Shown piece after piece: positions 26,917-32,000 of a stretch of 32,000 nucleotides of DNA; within the stretch, counting starts at the first letter, position 1, and the number at the start of each line of letters is the position of its first letter. A model generated the notes under the pieces. That model saw nothing but the letters and a program-made list of their open reading frames with translations, did no database searches and was not told where the DNA came from. The stretch comes from Candidatus Saccharimonadota bacterium (GTDB lineage: Bacteria > Pseudomonadota > Gammaproteobacteria > Enterobacterales > Enterobacteriaceae), in the NCBI RefSeq assembly GCF_039383305.1, contig NZ_CP135009.1:300001-332000 (forward strand), given 5' to 3'. Position numbers and translations under genes: made by a program.

Positions 26917-29900
26917 ATGAAAAAAATTTCATTACTTTTTAAAAAAAAAATAAATACAGGAATTATATTAATTGAGTCTTCAGCAGGTACTGGTAAAACT
27001 TTTACAATAGTAAAATTATTTTTAAATTTTTTATTTATAAAAAATTCTAAAAATTTATATAAATATTCAATACAAAAAATTTTACTATTAACTTTTACAA
27101 AAAATTCAAAAATTGAATTAAATAATAGAATTATTGAAACTTTAAAAAATTTACTTCAAATATATAAAAAAAAAAATATAAAAGAAATTTTTAAAAACAA
27201 AATATTAACATCTACAGAAAATATAAATGATATAGAAAATCATTTAAAAAAAATTAAAAAAAACATACATAATCTTGAAATTTATACTGTACATAGTTTT
27301 TTCTGGAAAATTTTACAAGAATTCCAATTTTCAATTTTACAAGATATTCCAAAAAATATTTTAAAAAATATAAAAAATTTATTATTTCAAGCTACTAAAA
27401 ATTTTTGGAGAAAAATTTTTTATAATTTTAAAAAAGATATTTTAAAAATTTTAATAAAAAAATGGTATTCCCCACTTATTTTATATAAATCAATCTTTAT
27501 AAAAATATCATTAAATCAGTACACAAAATCTATATTTCCAATAAAAAAAATATTAAATAAAAAACATAAATATTTTATTAATACTATTAATACTACTAAA
27601 AATTTATGGATATTAAAAAAAAAAAAAATTATACCTCTGTTAAAAAATTTTGTATTAAATAAAAGAATTTATACATCTAAAAATATAAAAAAATGGCATA
27701 ATGAAATTTCTCAATGGGCTTATACTCCCACTAAAAATTATAATTTTCCAAAAGTTTTAAAATATTTTTCTAATTTACAATTTAAATCAAAAATTTTTAA
27801 TGAAAATAAAATGTTAATTTTTAAAAATATAGAAAAATTTTTAAAAATAGATTTTTCATTACATAAAATTTTTTTAACATTAGCTACTTCTGAAATTTTT
27901 TTTATTTTTCAAAAAATTAAAATAAAAAAAAATTATATTGATTTTAATGATATTACTCAAATTTTTTTAAAAAATGTTAAAAAAAAAAAATCATTATTAA
28001 AAAAATATATACAAAAAAAATATCCTATGGTTTTAATTGATGAATGCCAAGACCTTGATATTTTTCAAAATAAAATATTTATAAAAATATATCAAAATTC
28101 TTTAAAAAATACATTATTTTTAATTGGAGACCCTAAACAATCAATTTATAGTTTTAGAAATGTAAATTTAAAATATTACTTTTTTTTTCATAAAATAGCT
28201 CAAGAAAAATATAATTTAAATATAAATTATCGATCTTCACCTAAAATTATACAAAGTATCAATGAAATATTTCTATATAAAAAAAATTCATTTTTTATAA
28301 AAAAATTAAAATATTCTTTTTGTCAACATTCCCCAAAAAATTCTGAATTCAATTTTTTTCTAAAAAACATCATACAAGAACCTCTAAAATTTTTTTTATG
28401 TTCACAAAATTCTATTACAAAAAAAAAATACTATAAAATTTCAGCAAAAGAATGTGCAGCAAGTATCTCAAAATGGATATTATTATCCTCTAAAAAACAA
28501 GCAATGTTAACTTTTCAAAAAAATATTCAAAAAAAAATTTTACCAAAAGATATTGTCATTTTAATAAAAAATAAACTTGAAGCCAAAATTATTAAAAAAG
28601 AATTAAAAAAACATGGTTTGTCGTCTTTTTATACTTCTGAAAAAAAAAATATTTTTTTACAAAAAATTTCTTTAGAAATATTATGGATCTTAGATTGTAT
28701 TATACATCCCAATAATGAATATAAATTTCAAAAAATTTTTTTAACAAGATTTTTTAATATAAATATTTATAAAATTCATAAAATTAATACAAATTTAAAT
28801 AATAAAATAAAAATTCTAAAAAAAATAAATCAATATTATAAAATTTGGAACAAATTTGGTATTTTTGAAATGTTAAAAAAAATTTTTTTTGAATATCAAA
28901 AAAATTCTCAAATAATACAAGAAAATTTTTTAATAAAGGAGCAAGAATTTATAATTCTTATTCATATTTTAGAAAAAAAAAATAATTTAATATATAATAA
29001 ATTTCTTTTAATTCAATGGTTACAAAAAAAAATACAAAAAAATTATGAATTATCTACGCATCAAAAAAATTTTTCTATTAATTCTAAAAAAAAAATTCAA
29101 ATTATGACTATTTTTAAAGCAAAAGGATTAGAATTTCCTATTGTCTGGATTCCATTTTTTAGTTTTTTTAATAATAAAATTAATGAATTTTTAACATATA
29201 AAATAATTTTTCAAAAAAAAACATTCAATATAAAATACTTTAAAAAAAATATTAATCATCTTTTAAAAGAAAAATTTTCCGAAGAACTAAGATTATTATA
29301 TGTTGCAATTACACGAAGTATAATTCATTGTCGTATTAGTATTGCTACTATAAAATCTAAAAAAGAAAATATCTATGATAATGCATTAAAATATTTATTA
29401 AAAAATAGAATTAATAAAAAAAAATTATATTTTTCTAATATTTTAAAAAGTACTCCAAAAAATCTTGTTAAGATATACCAAAAAAAAACAAAATTTTATA
29501 AAATAAAAAATTTAAATAAAATTTCTTACATAGAAAAAAAAAAAAATCTTATAAAAAATATTTGTTTACCTTGGGAAATCCTAAGTTATTCTAAAATTTT
29601 ACATAAACAAAAAAAAATTATTAAATTACCTAAAAAAATTTTTGATACATCTCACTCTTTTAAAACAATTACTAAAAAAAAATATACTTCTTACAATTTT
29701 CCAAAAGGTAAAAAAAATGGTATATTAATACATAAAATATTAAAAAATATTAATTTTTCAAATTTCTCTAAAGATTCTTATATTTTAACTAATACAGAAA
29801 ATCTAATATTAACAAAAAAAAAAAAAAAATTTTTTTCTAAATGGATATTTAATATTTTAAATTGTCCTATATATTCTAAAAAATTTTCTTTAAATAAAAT

Positions 29901-30384
29901 TCAAAAAAAACAATACATTCAAGAAATGCAATTCTTTATACCATTACAAAAAAAATTTAATATTCAAAACTTCAATAAAATCATTAAAACTTATGATGTA
30001 AATTCTAAAAAACTCCCTGATATTCAATACCCTGATATTACTGGTATGTTAACAGGGGCTATAGATTTAATATATATTTACAATAATCAATATTTTTTAT
30101 TAGATTATAAAACCAATTGGTTAGGACCAAAAAATATTTTTTATAATCAAAAAAATATATATAAAGAAATCTATAAAAATCGTTATGATGTTCAATATCA
30201 AATTTATAGTATCGCTTTACATCGATATTTAATAAATAAATTAAAAAATTATAAATATTCTAAACATTTTGGAGGCATAATATATTTATTCATTAGATCT
30301 TTCGATAATATTCATAATAAAAATGGAATTTTTTTTTATCTTCCAAACTATTCTTTAATTAAAAAACTAAATTTATTATTTTAG
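26917..30384 (+). CDS. recB: Exodeoxyribonuclease V beta chain RecB (helicase-nuclease)
   Basis: 1155 aa. Walker A IESSAGTGKTFTI, DExQ box LIDECQDLD and motif III GDPKQSIYSFR are present. The C-terminal nuclease motif GMLTGAIDLIYIYNNQYFLLDYKTNWLG matches E. coli GMLKGFIDLVFRHEGRYYLLDYKSNWLG. RYDVQYQIYSIALHRYL is also present. The start is 7 nt after the recC stop. TAG stop. Confidence 0.95.
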   Translation: MKKISLLFKKKINTGIILIESSAGTGKTFTIVKLFLNFLFIKNSKNLYKYSIQKILLLTFTKNSKIELNNRIIETLKNLLQIYKKKNIKEIFKNKILTSTENINDIENHLKKIKKNIHNLEIYTVHSFFWKILQEFQFSILQDIPKNILKNIKNLLFQATKNFWRKIFYNFKKDILKILIKKWYSPLILYKSIFIKISLNQYTKSIFPIKKILNKKHKYFINTINTTKNLWILKKKKIIPLLKNFVLNKRIYTSKNIKKWHNEISQWAYTPTKNYNFPKVLKYFSNLQFKSKIFNENKMLIFKNIEKFLKIDFSLHKIFLTLATSEIFFIFQKIKIKKNYIDFNDITQIFLKNVKKKKSLLKKYIQKKYPMVLIDECQDLDIFQNKIFIKIYQNSLKNTLFLIGDPKQSIYSFRNVNLKYYFFFHKIAQEKYNLNINYRSSPKIIQSINEIFLYKKNSFFIKKLKYSFCQHSPKNSEFNFFLKNIIQEPLKFFLCSQNSITKKKYYKISAKECAASISKWILLSSKKQAMLTFQKNIQKKILPKDIVILIKNKLEAKIIKKELKKHGLSSFYTSEKKNIFLQKISLEILWILDCIIHPNNEYKFQKIFLTRFFNINIYKIHKINTNLNNKIKILKKINQYYKIWNKFGIFEMLKKIFFEYQKNSQIIQENFLIKEQEFIILIHILEKKNNLIYNKFLLIQWLQKKIQKNYELSTHQKNFSINSKKKIQIMTIFKAKGLEFPIVWIPFFSFFNNKINEFLTYKIIFQKKTFNIKYFKKNINHLLKEKFSEELRLLYVAITRSIIHCRISIATIKSKKENIYDNALKYLLKNRINKKKLYFSNILKSTPKNLVKIYQKKTKFYKIKNLNKISYIEKKKNLIKNICLPWEILSYSKILHKQKKIIKLPKKIFDTSHSFKTITKKKYTSYNFPKGKKNGILIHKILKNINFSNFSKDSYILTNTENLILTKKKKKFFSKWIFNILNCPIYSKKFSLNKIQKKQYIQEMQFFIPLQKKFNIQNFNKIIKTYDVNSKKLPDIQYPDITGMLTGAIDLIYIYNNQYFLLDYKTNWLGPKNIFYNQKNIYKEIYKNRYDVQYQIYSIALHRYLINKLKNYKYSKHFGGIIYLFIRSFDNIHNKNGIFFYLPNYSLIKKLNLLF

Positions 30385-30393
30385 GAAAAAATA

Positions 30394-32000
30394 GTGTTAT
30401 TAAGTAAAAAAAATTTTTTAAGAATTTTAAAAAAATCTAAAATTAAAAAAATAATTCAAGAAATAGATTTTTATTGTATAAAAACTTTATTGCCATATTT
30501 TTCAATAAAAAAATTATTAATTATATTAATTTTAAATTATGAATCGAATAAAGGAAATACTTGTCTTTCAATAAAATATTTTTCTAAGAATCATATTTTA
30601 AAAAAAAAAATTCAAAAACTACAATATTTTTGGAATATTATAAAAAATATTAAATTATGGAATAATAAAAAAAATTTACCTTATATAATTAAAAAAAAAT
30701 ACATATATTTATCACGATACTGGAAACAAGAAAAAAAAATTTTAAAATTTTTTAAAAATAAAACTATTAATTATACTAGAATTTTAAAAAAGTATTCTAA
30801 AATATATAAAAATTTTAATTTTAAAAATATAGATAAAAAACAAAAATTAGCTATTGGAATAATATTATTTCATAAAATTTCTTTTTTAATTGGAGGACCA
30901 GGAACTGGAAAAACAACAATTTTAGCATATATTTTAATAATATTAATTAAAACAACTACTCACACATTAAAAATTGCATTAACAGCTTTAACGGGAAAAG
31001 CCACAACACATTTAACAAATACAATATATAAAATTTTACACAAACAAAAATTTTCTTCATTAGAAAATAAAAAATATTTAATCACTGCAAACACCTTACA
31101 CAAAACTTTATTAATTCAAAAAAATTTTATTATTAACAAAAAATACAAAAAAAAAATAAATTTTGATCTTTTAATTATTGATGAAGCTTCAATGTTAGAT
31201 ACTAATATTATGGAAATTTTATGTCAAAGAATTTCTCTACATACAAAAATAATATTTTCTGGAGATATAAACCAATTACAACCTATTGAAACCGCTTCAA
31301 TTTTAAAAGAAATTTGTTATTTTGCAAAAAATACATACAATCCTATATTTTCACAATATATTTCAATATTTACGAAACAAAAATTAAAAATTTGTAAAAA
31401 AATATCTGAAAAAAATATTAAAAATTCAATTGTGATTTTAAAAAAAAATTATCGTTTTAACACAAATAATATGGTAATAAAGTTCACAAAAATTTTAGAA
31501 AATAAAAAAAAAATTTTTTTAAAAGATTTAATTTTTTTAAAAAATACTAAAAATTTTATTTTATCTGATATTTCTACAGAATTTTATTATAAAAAAATGT
31601 TAAAAAGTATCAAAAATTTATACCAAAAACATTGGAAACTAATAAAAAAAAAAAACAATAATTTTCCTTTAAATATTAAAAAAATTTTAAAAAATTTTCA
31701 AAAAAATCGAGTATTATGTGCAATAAAAGATGGATATTTCGGGGAAAAATTTTTAAATAATTTTTTAGACAATATTTTTTTTCAAAAAAATAATCTATCT
31801 CAAAAAAAATCTAAAATATGGTATCATGGAAAAATAATTTTAATTACAAAAAATAATTTTAAATTAAAATTATTTAATGGAATAATTGGAATTTGTATAT
31901 TATATAAAAAAAAATATAAAATATTTTTTCAATCTTCTAATAATACAATTTTCTCTATTAATCCTATATTAATAAAAAATTTTCAAAGTGCATGGGTTAT
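30394..32000 (+). CDS. recD: Exodeoxyribonuclease V alpha chain RecD (5' portion; continues past the window end)
   Basis: Not in the ORF track because there is no stop before the window end. Manual translation from GTG 30394 to 32000 has no stop. Walker A LIGGPGTGKTT (30889-30921), TALTGKA, TLHKTL, Walker B LLIIDEASMLD, FSGDINQLQPIE, KKNYRF and LFNGIIGI are collinear with E. coli RecD. AGGA at 30383-30386 overlaps the recB TAG and lies 7 nt before the GTG. Confidence 0.9.
   Translation, partial: MLLSKKNFLRILKKSKIKKIIQEIDFYCIKTLLPYFSIKKLLIILILNYESNKGNTCLSIKYFSKNHILKKKIQKLQYFWNIIKNIKLWNNKKNLPYIIKKKYIYLSRYWKQEKKILKFFKNKTINYTRILKKYSKIYKNFNFKNIDKKQKLAIGIILFHKISFLIGGPGTGKTTILAYILIILIKTTTHTLKIALTALTGKATTHLTNTIYKILHKQKFSSLENKKYLITANTLHKTLLIQKNFIINKKYKKKINFDLLIIDEASMLDTNIMEILCQRISLHTKIIFSGDINQLQPIETASILKEICYFAKNTYNPIFSQYISIFTKQKLKICKKISEKNIKNSIVILKKNYRFNTNNMVIKFTKILENKKKIFLKDLIFLKNTKNFILSDISTEFYYKKMLKSIKNLYQKHWKLIKKKNNNFPLNIKKILKNFQKNRVLCAIKDGYFGEKFLNNFLDNIFFQKNNLSQKKSKIWYHGKIILITKNNFKLKLFNGIIGICILYKKKYKIFFQSSNNTIFSINPILIKNFQSAWV

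Noticed and set aside
1-32000. Search for tRNA or rRNA genes, CRISPR arrays, IS elements, phage genes, or toxin-antitoxin and defence islands
   Set aside because: No intergenic spacer exceeds about 270 bp, and apart from two short hairpins none shows the G+C enrichment expected of structured RNA genes. The repeats are homopolymer or low-complexity runs only, with no regularly spaced direct repeats. Every large ORF matches a housekeeping family in conserved synteny.
23758-32000. Three very large, low-complexity, K/N/I-rich ORFs considered as a possible novel helicase-nuclease defence system
   Set aside because: Motif-level collinearity with E. coli RecC, RecB and RecD, in the canonical gene order downstream of mscS, identifies them as the ordinary RecBCD operon, strongly diverged by A/T bias.

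Overview
The window is extremely A+T-rich, with well over 80% A+T by eye, and densely packed with housekeeping genes. It looks like the reduced genome of an obligate gammaproteobacterial insect endosymbiont. Gene content and order point to Buchnera aphidicola or a close relative: polA(exo)-engB-typA, ygfZ/prfB-lysS-lysA, miaB-ybeY-corC, leuS-holA, asd/yhgN, pgk-fbaA-mscS-recC-recB-recD. This assignment rests on remembered synteny, not a database search. I support 23 protein genes, 19 on the + strand. They are glnS (3' part), eno, a polA remnant (5'-3' exonuclease only), engB, typA/bipA, ygfZ, prfB, lysS, lysA, miaB, ybeY, corC, leuS, holA, tusA, asd, yhgN, pgk, fbaA, mscS, recC, recB and recD. 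recD is missing from the ORF track because it runs off the window end. I see no tRNA, rRNA, CRISPR array, transposase, phage gene or defence island, and no convincing undescribed multi-gene system. The interesting signals are at the level of gene expression and protein decay. (1) recC is split by a frameshift inside a 20-nt poly(A) tract. (2) prfB keeps the programmed +1 frameshift site, but the RF2 stop-codon-reading tripeptide SPF reads NPL, and no gene in the window ends in TGA. (3) mscS has ATC where the homologous ATG start should be. (4) polA is reduced to its exonuclease domain. (5) The LeuRS editing-pocket motifs are eroded. (6) Very long in-frame poly(A) tracts are common. (7) There are a few hairpins, one oriented against the neighbouring genes.
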